From NCBI RefSeq assembly GCF_000008665.1, contig NC_000917.1, forward strand, positions 90,001 through 122,000: DNA of 32,000 nt. The letters are read 5' to 3'. Under the pieces are notes generated by a model, which was not told the DNA's origin, did not search any database, and saw only the letters and a program-made list of their open reading frames with translations. Positions 21,891-30,114 of this stretch are shown here, piece after piece. A program made the translations under genes and the position numbers. Every line of letters starts with the position of its first letter. Position 1 is the first letter of the stretch. Source of the DNA: Archaeoglobus fulgidus DSM 4304 (GTDB lineage Archaea > Halobacteriota > Archaeoglobi > Archaeoglobales > Archaeoglobaceae).

Positions 21891-23209
21891 ATGAAAGCCG
21901 AGATGCTGTACTGGGTGGACAGGGTAGGAGGCAAAGTCGAGAAGCTTGAAGTCGAGCTCAAACCTTTCGGATACAAAATGGCGCCCGTTACGCAGTGGAA
22001 GACTCTGATAGCGGATGGAGATGCAGAGGTCGAGAGGGGCAAACCTACGATTATAAAGGTGAAAACCATAGAAATCCCGGAGAACACGATTGTAGGCCCT
22101 CTGAACATAATGCGCCACGCCCTTGGAGTCGTTGCGGATGTTGTGGAGTGCGGAATTCCCGGCAGGGTTGAGGAGGACAAGTGCGTAAGCCAGGTTCTCT
22201 TCGTTCCGATTGAGGACGGTGTGGTAAAGGATGGGGACCTCGTTGGCGTTCTGAAGGTCTTCTTCATACGCACCGGATTGCTTTCCCGGATACCGCTATT
22301 AAAGCCGCCAAAGGTTGAGCTGAGGGAGGAGATAACCGAGGCGAACATAACTTGGAGGGATAACGGGAACGTTTACAGGGAGAAAATCAGGACGAAGGTC
22401 TTCGGATACACGAGGAGCCACGTCGGTGTGTGGGAGCTTCTCGTTGCGGATGAAACGGTGAGGGTGAAGAGGGGTGACGTGCTGAGAATCAGAATAAAGG
22501 AGGTCAGACTACCACCTAACACCGTTGTGGTGCCTCTGTCGATAATGAGGAACGCTACGGAACCGTGCTTGATGTCGTGCAGCTTGGCAAGCCGAGCAGA
22601 GTTGAGGACGAGAAGAGAATCCAGCAGGCGGTGTTTCTTGCAGTGGAGGACGGAGTGATAGAGGAAGGGGACCTGATTGGAGTGATAAACGTTTACTTCG
22701 TCGGAGTTGATAGGCTTGAGAACGTCCCGATTGAACTCGAAACCAGAGAGGTGAACATAGTTTACAGGACGGGTGGGGGGATAGTGAGAAAGAAGCTGAG
22801 TGTTGACCCCTTCGGCTACAGAAGGTCTGCCAACGCGTCTTGGGAAGTGATAATAGCCGACGAGAGGAAGGAAGTAAGATACGGGGAGCCCGAAATTATA
22901 AAGATTAAGAAGATAAAGATTCCGAAGAACACGATAACCTACCCAATGTGCATAATGAGGCACGCCTACGGGTCCTTCGTGGACCTCTACTCAGACCTTC
23001 CACCCCGAAAGGTTGAAGAGGACAGATTCGTCAATTATGCGGTCTTCCTCCCAATCGCCGACGGTGAGGTGAATAGGGGGGAGATTCTTGGAATTATAAA
23101 CCTCTATGCGGTCGAGGTTGGAAGCCTGACCAAGGTAAAGCAGTGGATGGATAGGTGGCTGGACGAGATGGGTGAGGCGTTTGCGGAATCCGACTGGCCG
23201 ATGTGGTAG
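21891..23209 (+). pseudogene. Triple DUF22-domain protein B, interrupted by a single-nucleotide frameshift
   Basis: ORFs 21879..22658 and 22565..23209 are consecutive parts of one DUF22 protein. Reading AAC GC[-] TAC GGA ACC GTG at about 22551-22562 instead of AAC GCN TAC shifts the frame. Ends EMGEAFAESDWPMW. Confidence 0.85.
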
Positions 23210-23620
23210 CTACTCTCCGATTGCGCCGAGTATCAGTGGTCTGACTGCACCGAAGAGAAGCTCTGCAACGACGAGTATGGTTAAAATACGGTAAATTCCC
23301 TTCATTTTTGGCAGAATTGAGAGCAGTGCAAAGACGGGCGCTAAGGCGAGGAAGAAAAGCGAGAAAACTGCAACATTGTCGGGATGGGCGATGTACAGAA
23401 ACTCGGAGTAGCTTTCCATCTCTTTTCCAACATTCACCTTCCAGAACTCCGATGCCGGCAGGTGCCAGGTTTCAACCACCCTGTCTGGCTCAACGAACGG
23501 GTCGATGTCGAGCAGATACATTGCAGAGGACACCACGAGCAGAATCAACCCCGCGAGGGTGAAGTACCTTATAACCTTTGCAAATCGAATACACTCCTCA
23601 CCCACTTCAACATTCATCAT
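23210..23620 (-). CDS. DUF1634 family membrane protein
   Basis: Start reset to MMNVEVGEECIRFAKVIRYFTLAGLILLVVSS. ATGA overlap with the upstream TauE-like gene, the usual partner of this family. Confidence 0.78.
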   Translation of the reverse strand: MMNVEVGEECIRFAKVIRYFTLAGLILLVVSSAMYLLDIDPFVEPDRVVETWHLPASEFWKVNVGKEMESYSEFLYIAHPDNVAVFSLFFLALAPVFALLSILPKMKGIYRILTILVVAELLFGAVRPLILGAIGE

Positions 23621-24486
23621 ATCACCCCCAGACCAGCAAGCCCCTTCTCTATGTCGAGGATTGCGGCGAATAGCATGATTCCGAGCACAACCAGCCTTAT
23701 CACCCTCGGCCTGACCTTCTCTGCAATCATCGCCCCTATCCTTGCTCCGAGAGTCACGCCGAAAACCGATGGAACAACTATGAGCGGCAGAACGGCACCT
23801 CTGGCAATGTAGACCCACATTGCAGCCGCGTCGTTGAGGGTTATTATGAGCATGCTCGTCGATACTGCAACCCTAAGCGGAGCGCCCATCAGCAGGTTCA
23901 GCACTGGCACATTTGCCCAGCCCGCACCGAGACCAAACATTCCCGCAACCAGGCCAACACCGGCAAAGGCGGGGAGGGAGTAGGGCAGTCTTGTGAGCCT
24001 GTATTCAATCACCTCATCCCTCGATGGCTCGTACCACCTTCCGCTCAAGTCGAGCTTTGCGGAGATTGAGTCCACACTGTCAACTTCTGGAAACTCCACC
24101 CTCTTGCTCTTCACCATCACGGCGAAGATGAAGAAGAGAGATATGCCGAGGGCAATGGTTATGTAGTGCTTTCCCTCTGGCATCTCATTGGTTATCCAAA
24201 GCCCCAGAACGCTTCCGGCAATCGATGAAGCTATTGAAACTGTCGCAATAACGATCGAAGCTCTAAGATTTGCGAGACCCTTCTCAAGAAGCCTTGGTGA
24301 GGAAGAGAGGGCTGAGGTAAGTGCTATTGCCAGCCCGGCACCTCTCACAAAATCGATGTTGAATGGAAAGAAGGCTGTGGTGAGGGGGACGAACAACACA
24401 CCCCCACCCACTCCCGAAATGGGGGCGATAATCCCGATCAGGAACGTGAACGCAAAAAGCAAAACCATCCACATAACGTACTCCAT
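23617..24486 (-). CDS. TauE/SafE (DUF81) family membrane transporter
   Basis: GIIAPISGVGGGVLFVPLTTAFF, LATALTSALSS, FGLGAGWANVPVLNLLMGAPLRVAVSTS. Confidence 0.9.
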   Translation of the reverse strand: MEYVMWMVLLFAFTFLIGIIAPISGVGGGVLFVPLTTAFFPFNIDFVRGAGLAIALTSALSSSPRLLEKGLANLRASIVIATVSIASSIAGSVLGLWITNEMPEGKHYITIALGISLFFIFAVMVKSKRVEFPEVDSVDSISAKLDLSGRWYEPSRDEVIEYRLTRLPYSLPAFAGVGLVAGMFGLGAGWANVPVLNLLMGAPLRVAVSTSMLIITLNDAAAMWVYIARGAVLPLIVVPSVFGVTLGARIGAMIAEKVRPRVIRLVVLGIMLFAAILDIEKGLAGLGVI

Positions 24487-24577
24487 TTCGGCGTCACCAG
24501 AATTATTTGTGTATTAGGCAATGATAAATTTTTTTATTTCTCTCTAAATGTTTAATCGTTTAATTTTAAAAGGCAAC

Positions 24578-24587
24578 TTATATAAAG
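24578..24587 (+). promoter_or_regulatory. Archaeal TATA box (CTTATATAAAGG context) for the UspA-like gene
   Basis: cttatataaaggtttgcag about 45 nt upstream of the ATG at 24630. Confidence 0.5.
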
Positions 24588-24629
24588 GTTTGCAGTGATA
24601 ATAGGGTATCGGACGGGGTATGTGATATT

Positions 24630-25133
24630 ATGAAATCACATGAAAGGGGAAGGGTTATCCTTGTAATCGACGACACGGATTGCGGGAGGGTTGCAGCCGA
24701 GAGGCTTGTTTTTATGGCAAGAGCCGGTTTCAGGGGAGATGTGTTCGTAGTTTTCGGCAAAGACATTGAAATATCCCCAATAGCGTCCTACGAGAAGGAG
24801 ATGAAGATATACACCTCTCTGAGAGTTAAGGCTTCGAAGTTCGTGGAGTTCTACAGGGAGAGATTGGAGGAGGCAGGGCTTGAAGTGAAGCAGGTCAAGA
24901 TAATCCTCGGAAACGTATCGGAGGAGGTGCTGAGGCTCGAAAAGCTGCTGAACCCCGACCTAATAGTTTTCGGAATGGAGAAAAGAGGCTTTCTGAAAAG
25001 GTTGTTGAGGGGGGACCCTTACAAGGAGATAATCTACGAAACCAAAGCACCGGTGATGGTCTGCAAGGCAGGATACGAAAGAAAAGACGTTGATTATGAA
25101 AAAATTAGGTGTGCAAAGTGCGTTATGGGCTGA
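24630..25133 (+). CDS. Universal stress protein (UspA) family
   Basis: ILVIDDTDCGRVAAERLVFMARAGF...NPDLIVFGMEKRGFLKRLLRGDPYKEIIYETKAPVMVCK. Confidence 0.85.
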   Translation: MKSHERGRVILVIDDTDCGRVAAERLVFMARAGFRGDVFVVFGKDIEISPIASYEKEMKIYTSLRVKASKFVEFYRERLEEAGLEVKQVKIILGNVSEEVLRLEKLLNPDLIVFGMEKRGFLKRLLRGDPYKEIIYETKAPVMVCKAGYERKDVDYEKIRCAKCVMG

Positions 25134-25214
25134 CTACCAGTAGGGCCACTCTGTTTTCTCAAAGACCTCTCCGAAGTACTCCATCTGCGCATCAAAAAGC
25201 TCTTTAAGCCTCAT
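25134..25214 (-). CDS. Micro-ORF, 26 aa: MRLKELFDAQMEYFGEVFEKTEWPYW
   Basis: Not in the supplied ORF track. Its ATG (25212-25214) overlaps the TGA (25211-25213) of the TauE-like permease as ATGA. Its C-terminus matches the motif ending the DUF22 and RHH proteins nearby. Confidence 0.65.
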   Translation of the reverse strand: MRLKELFDAQMEYFGEVFEKTEWPYW

Positions 25215-26638
25215 GCTCCTACACCCGCCTTAACCTCTGAAGCCCACGCGTCTATACCCTCATACCCGCTCTGGGCTATTGATTTGGCGAGGTCATCTCT
25301 CAGCGCTGAAACCTTGATGAGGTCGAGGAATGCGTGTGCAAAGCTCCCGTGGATGAAGCTCCAGTAGATGGCAAGCAGTATAACTCCGATTGACAGCACC
25401 ACCCCTGTCAGAGGGTCGGCGTGGGGTATTGAGGTGACGAAGTTCGGCCACCATTCAGGGTCGCGGAAGAGCCAGTAGTAGTTTGCGAGTGTCCAGACGC
25501 CGAATATTCCGAGCCTCTTGAGGTTGCCAGACCCGGTGTGGGCCGAGGCTTCAATAGCCCTGTCAAGCAATCCGAGCTTCTTCAGCTTCATCCTAACCTT
25601 CATCATCGGATATCCGACGAGTGGAGTTACGGAAAGCATCGCAACAGCCATTACCGGAAGCACGAGTGAGTTCAGGGTTTCTACCACTCCCTCATCCAGC
25701 TCAATCCACCCAAGCTCTGCCAGGTAGCCCGGAACGGCCAGAGCCCTGCTCAGCGTTACGAGGAGCATCACTGTCGCCATCGCCATCTTTATGTAGTACT
25801 GCCTGACGTAGGTCGTTCCGACAGCTCCAATCTGCACCCCTATGAGCGACGTGGCAAGAATGAGGGTTGTGAGCCTGAAATCAACAGCTCCAAGCAAGTA
25901 AATCCACGTGAATGTACCGGTAGAACCCATGACAAAGGCTATTCCCAGCTCTGTCCCACTCGCAACGGCACTGGAAGCGCCAATAAGGTATATCATGGAA
26001 GGAACGCCTATAAAACCACCAACGGCAATCGTTGCAGCGAGGAACCCTGTACCAAATCCGAGGGGAATCGTGAGCCATGCTGAATGCGTTCTTCCGACAA
26101 CGTCGAACCTTATCCTCGGAGGAAGCCTAAATTTCTCTTCAAGCTTCTTTGGCAGGGTTGATTCGGTGTCGGATATGCCGAGCTTTTTCGCCCTCACCAC
26201 GTCTCTCAAAAGAAGCAGGGATACTGCAGGCAAAACAACCAAGAATGCAATACTGACATAAAGGTTTGTTCCCGTTTCTCCGAGAGCCTCATAAATCTGC
26301 TTCTGAACCTGAATTCCGACCTGAACACCTGCTATTGCAGAAACGGCCATAATAACTGCAAGCTTCGGGTCAAGCTGCCTGAGCTTGTATCTCCTGTAGG
26401 CGCCTATCATTGCTTTAGGGAACTTGTGGCACATGTTTGATGCTACTGCTATCGGCCCCGGAGTGCCGATTGACATCATACCGGGAGTGAGGACGAAAGC
26501 GCCTCCGCTGCCGATGAAGCCGCTCAGCATTCCACCGAAGAAACCGAGGGCAAGGAGAAAAATCGCTTCAAAGGGCCCAATGTGGATGAACATGTCGGGC
26601 GTCATTGCACTTCCGCCCGTCGCAAAGCTTCCACCCAT
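25211..26638 (-). CDS. TauE/SafE family permease (sulfite/organosulfonate exporter-like), 475 aa
   Basis: ALGFFGGMLSGFIGSGGAFVLTPGMMSIGTPGPIAVASNMCHKFPKA, GFGTGFLAATIAVGGFIGVPSMIYLIGASSAVASGTELGIAFVMG. Confidence 0.92.
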   Translation of the reverse strand: MGGSFATGGSAMTPDMFIHIGPFEAIFLLALGFFGGMLSGFIGSGGAFVLTPGMMSIGTPGPIAVASNMCHKFPKAMIGAYRRYKLRQLDPKLAVIMAVSAIAGVQVGIQVQKQIYEALGETGTNLYVSIAFLVVLPAVSLLLLRDVVRAKKLGISDTESTLPKKLEEKFRLPPRIRFDVVGRTHSAWLTIPLGFGTGFLAATIAVGGFIGVPSMIYLIGASSAVASGTELGIAFVMGSTGTFTWIYLLGAVDFRLTTLILATSLIGVQIGAVGTTYVRQYYIKMAMATVMLLVTLSRALAVPGYLAELGWIELDEGVVETLNSLVLPVMAVAMLSVTPLVGYPMMKVRMKLKKLGLLDRAIEASAHTGSGNLKRLGIFGVWTLANYYWLFRDPEWWPNFVTSIPHADPLTGVVLSIGVILLAIYWSFIHGSFAHAFLDLIKVSALRDDLAKSIAQSGYEGIDAWASEVKAGVGA

Positions 26639-26819
26639 TTTTCACACCTCCGATTTTTTATGATTTTTAATTTACGTTGTATGATTTGATTCGATAAAGC
26701 TTGTTTTCAGTTTACAAAAATAAATTTTTTTATGTTTAGTATCTCAATCTATATTACGATAGAATAAGATGAAATATAGTGAAAGATACTTGTATACCTT
26801 AGAACAAATGAGCATAAAT

Positions 26820-26870
26820 TTTATGATAAGGTATGGTAAAGTATTGGTAAAGTATCACTATTTATGATAA
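26820..26870. repeat. Nested repeats upstream of the RHH gene: TTTATGATAA ... (TGGTAAAGTAT)x2 ... TTTATGATAA
   Basis: 10-bp direct repeats at 26820-26829 and 26861-26870. Perfect 11-bp tandem copies at 26834-26844 and 26845-26855. Confidence 0.75.
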
Positions 26871-26915
26871 TTGTTTCAGAAAACCTTTTATGCTCGCAGC
26901 AATAATAAAAGTTCA

Positions 26916-27524
26916 ATGCCGAAGTTCAAGAGATTGTCCGTTGCAGTTGATGATTCTATTGTGGAAATCCTTGAAAAGCTAACGGCAGTGGAAAATAAGA
27001 CAGTATCCGACATTATCAGAGAATCGATTATAACTTATGCCGAACTTGCAGAGGGTGGGGCGAGAATATCTGATCTCAAGCAGTACGAGGACATCCTCGA
27101 AAGAAGGGACCACGTAATGGTGGACCTCGAAATGTGGATTGCCCTCCTCGACCTCGTAAACGCGAAGGCCGACGAAGAATTCTGGAAGCTCATAGAGAAT
27201 GTTGGTTACGAGCTAGGCGTGGAGATGAAGCTTAAAGGCTTCGGCCTCGACGAGCTGCTCGAGCATATGAGAATCAAAAACCTGCTCAACTACAGCAGAG
27301 AGGGTGGAATTTACATTCTGACGCTGGTTTCGAGAAGTGCTACGAACATGGTCATGAGGATGTTGAGAGGAGCATTCAGGGCAATGCAGATTGAAGCGGA
27401 GGTTATTCCGGGAGTCAGAAAAGTGGTCATAGTGGACAAGAAGGCCCTCAAAGATAAGGACGTGCAGAAGTGGATAGCAGAGATGGGAAGGACCTTTGAG
27501 GGGTCCGACTGGCCAATGTGGTGA
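26916..27524 (+). CDS. Ribbon-helix-helix (CopG/Arc-type) N-terminal domain protein with ligand/effector-like C-terminus
   Basis: MPKFKRLSVAVDDSIVEILEKLTAVENKTVSDIIRESIITYAEL (RHH). Ends KWIAEMGRTFEGSDWPMW. Start reset from the 26871 TTG. Confidence 0.85.
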   Translation: MPKFKRLSVAVDDSIVEILEKLTAVENKTVSDIIRESIITYAELAEGGARISDLKQYEDILERRDHVMVDLEMWIALLDLVNAKADEEFWKLIENVGYELGVEMKLKGFGLDELLEHMRIKNLLNYSREGGIYILTLVSRSATNMVMRMLRGAFRAMQIEAEVIPGVRKVVIVDKKALKDKDVQKWIAEMGRTFEGSDWPMW

Positions 27525-27562
27525 TTTTTGAAAAGCGGGGGGGAGGTGGGGGCTGGGCAAAT

Positions 27563-27636
27563 AGCGGGGCGTGGATTTGAACCACGGATCTGCGGGTTAT
27601 GAGCCCGCCGGGATCACCTGACTACCCCACCCCGCT
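27563..27636 (-). tRNA. Initiator tRNA-Met (anticodon CAU)
   Basis: Reverse complement AGCGGGG-TG-GGGTAGTCAGGTGATCCC-G-GCGGG-CTCATAA-CCCGC-AGATC-CGTGG-TTCAAAT-CCACG-CCCCGCT folds as a cloverleaf. The G29G30G31:C39C40C41 anticodon stem and A1:U72 are archaeal initiator hallmarks. No intron. Confidence 0.95.
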
Positions 27637-27659
27637 TCAGAACACTTTTGAACAAACTG

Positions 27660-28325
27660 TTATTTAAGCTTTGAGGTTGGAGTCAACTCCCTCTTAACCT
27701 CCTTGGTAAGTTTGTCGGCGATTCTTATCGGCTCAGGAAGCTTGTAGCCTTTAAGGCACTTTCTCGTCAGCTCCAAGGCTGAGTCAGGAGATATGTAACT
27801 CCCCGGTGAGATGAAGATTGGTTTGCACCTCCTGCAGCTTTTAAGGGCGTAGCCTATGGTTTCACTTCCATCTAAAAGCCTCCAAAGCCCATCTTCCACC
27901 TCTACCATCTCACCAAAAAGCCTTTTCTTTGTTATCCCCACAGTCGGCTTTCTCAGCTTTAGGGCGATGTATGTTGCAAGCCCGCACCTTCTCGGATGGG
28001 CAATTCCGCTCCCATCAACCATGATTGCCGCTCTGTCATCCACAAGCCCTTTGACCGCATTAACTGCAGGCTCTCCCTCCCTGAACATGAGAAAGGTGGG
28101 GATGTAGGGGAAAGTGACCTTCTCAACCCTCACAGCTTTATCAACAACCTCCAGTTCCGGAAAGGTCAGCTTGACCGCACATGAGACAACCTCATCGCTG
28201 ATAAAGGCCTGATCAACACCCACAACGTACTCAAGCTCTTCAAGAGGGATTAAGTCTTCGAGAACCACACTTCTGGACATCTCCTCCTGTATCCTCCTCA
28301 GCTCTTCGAGATTCATTTGAAGCAC
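27660..28325 (-). CDS. nfi: Endonuclease V
   Basis: VVGVDQAFISDEVVSCAVKLTFPELEVVDKAV, VDGSGIAHPRRCGLATYI, VGITKKRLFGE. Confidence 0.95.
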   Translation of the reverse strand: MLQMNLEELRRIQEEMSRSVVLEDLIPLEELEYVVGVDQAFISDEVVSCAVKLTFPELEVVDKAVRVEKVTFPYIPTFLMFREGEPAVNAVKGLVDDRAAIMVDGSGIAHPRRCGLATYIALKLRKPTVGITKKRLFGEMVEVEDGLWRLLDGSETIGYALKSCRRCKPIFISPGSYISPDSALELTRKCLKGYKLPEPIRIADKLTKEVKRELTPTSKLK

Positions 28326-29392
28326 TTCCAGTATTTTGAGTGAACCCTCTTCACATCCTCTATGTTGTGCTTCAGCTTCACCAATGCCGAATCCCTCTTC
28401 CGCCAGAGCAGCTCGGGGAGGTAGTTTTCGGGCTCCCTTATGGCTGACAGGTCAAAGCCCGCCATCGCCGCAATTATCCCGAGGTTTGTGTAAGGCAGGG
28501 CCCCTTCAACGCTGTAACCTCCCTCAAGAACGGCAACAAGTCTTCCGTCGCAGTGCTTTTCAGCCATTGCAACAGCCCTCCGCATCATCTCCGCATATCC
28601 CCTTGCAGTCAAAGCCAGGCTTGTAATTGGGTCCGTGAAGTGGTTGTCCTGTCCGGCAGAGATAGCAATGAACTGCGGCTTAAATTCATTGACAACTGGC
28701 TCAATTATCTCGTCAATGACCATCATGTAGCCCTCATCTCCCGTTCCGGGAGGGAGAGGGATGTTTACCGTGTAGCCCTCGCCCTTGCCAGTTCCGCACT
28801 CCTCAGGATAGCCCGTTCCGGGGTAGAGGGGCATCTGGTGGGTTGATATGAAAAGAACTCTGTCGTCGTTGTAGAAAATCTCCTGAGTGCCGTCGCCGTG
28901 GTGAGCGTCCCAGTCCAGAATGGCAATCCTTTCAAAGCCCTGCTTCAGCAGCCACTTCACCATTATCGCCATGTTGTTGAGGTAGCAAAAACCAGCCCCG
29001 ATGTAGGGCTTCGCATGGTGCCCCGGAGGGCGAATCATCGCAAAAGCGTTCTCGCACTCCTTGTTTAGCACGGCCTGAGCAGCCCTTATCGCTCCACCAG
29101 CCGCCAACAGGGCCCTGTCAAAAACCCCTACAGGAATGTTGGTGTCAAAGTCAATAATTCCGCCCTTCTTGCTCTCCATCTCAAGGAATCTTACATACTC
29201 CTCAGTGTGCACCTCAAGAACATCCTCAAGCGATGCTTTGAAGGGCTCAAGAAGAACAATACGCTCGCTCTCGAATATCCCCTCCTCCCTCAGCTGGTCC
29301 ATTGTGTAAGCAAGCCTCTCACGCCTTTCGGGATGAGTTGGGCTCTGCTCGTGCTTCAGATACTCCTCATGAAAGACAATGCCGGTAACCAT
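28313..29392 (-). CDS. Histone deacetylase superfamily / acetylpolyamine amidohydrolase-like protein
   Basis: RPPGHHAKPYIGAGFCYLNNMAIMVKWLL, AILDWDAHHGDGTQEIFYNDDRVLFISTHQ, SAGQDNHFTDPI, VLEGGY. Confidence 0.95.
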   Translation of the reverse strand: MVTGIVFHEEYLKHEQSPTHPERRERLAYTMDQLREEGIFESERIVLLEPFKASLEDVLEVHTEEYVRFLEMESKKGGIIDFDTNIPVGVFDRALLAAGGAIRAAQAVLNKECENAFAMIRPPGHHAKPYIGAGFCYLNNMAIMVKWLLKQGFERIAILDWDAHHGDGTQEIFYNDDRVLFISTHQMPLYPGTGYPEECGTGKGEGYTVNIPLPPGTGDEGYMMVIDEIIEPVVNEFKPQFIAISAGQDNHFTDPITSLALTARGYAEMMRRAVAMAEKHCDGRLVAVLEGGYSVEGALPYTNLGIIAAMAGFDLSAIREPENYLPELLWRKRDSALVKLKHNIEDVKRVHSKYWKCFK

Positions 29393-29464
29393 CTAAAACA
29401 AATTACCGTGTGAATATAAAGCTCTTTTCAAAAAGCTTTTAACTGAACTTAATTTTTAATTTTT

Positions 29465-30049
29465 ATGGAGCTTCTTGAGTGTGTCGAGCATGTTATAAAG
29501 ACGAGGAGAAGCCACAGGCTTTACCTCGACAAGCCGGTTGAGAGGGAGAAGCTTGAGAAGATGATAGAGCTTGCCATGTGGGCACCTTCAGCTATGAACA
29601 GGCAGCAGTGGTTTTTCGTGGTTGTTGCGGGGAAGAGGCTCAAGGAGATGATAGGAATCGTCGAGAAGGGCTACGAGCACATTCTGCCCAGATTGCAGAG
29701 GTTCTTTGCTGAGACGCCAAAGGTAATAGAGCAGACAAGGAGGTTTTTCAAAAGCCTTGGAAACGCTCCTGCTGCGGTTTTTGCCTACTACACGCCAACT
29801 GGAGATGACTACAGCGATGTTCAGAGCGTTTCAGCAGCAATCCAGAACATGCTTCTCGCTGCCCATGCGATGGGCCTTGGAACCTGCTGGATGACTGGGC
29901 CTGTACATGTCGAGGAGGAGATAAACAAGGCTCTCGGCGTTGAGGGTAAAAAGCTCGTTGCTGTCATCACAGTTGGCTACCCTGCGAAGCAACCACCAGT
30001 CCCGCCGAGGAGGGATAGCGAGAAGAAAGTGGTGTGGATGCTGGATTGA
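29465..30049 (+). CDS. Nitroreductase family protein
   Basis: IKTRRSHRLYLDKPVEREKLEKMIELAMWAPSAMNRQQWFFVVV, AAIQNMLLAAHAMGLGTCWMTG. Confidence 0.92.
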   Translation: MELLECVEHVIKTRRSHRLYLDKPVEREKLEKMIELAMWAPSAMNRQQWFFVVVAGKRLKEMIGIVEKGYEHILPRLQRFFAETPKVIEQTRRFFKSLGNAPAAVFAYYTPTGDDYSDVQSVSAAIQNMLLAAHAMGLGTCWMTGPVHVEEEINKALGVEGKKLVAVITVGYPAKQPPVPPRRDSEKKVVWMLD

Positions 30050-30114
30050 TGAGTAAAGCGCTTCTAAGCCAAATCCTGCTGCATCCATTTTTAGACATCA
30101 AAAAAGTTAAAAAA

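Noticed and set aside
27213-27560. 115-aa minus ORF opposite the RHH gene
   Set aside because: His/Pro-rich shadow. The plus-strand RHH protein is well supported and carries the shared C-terminal tag.
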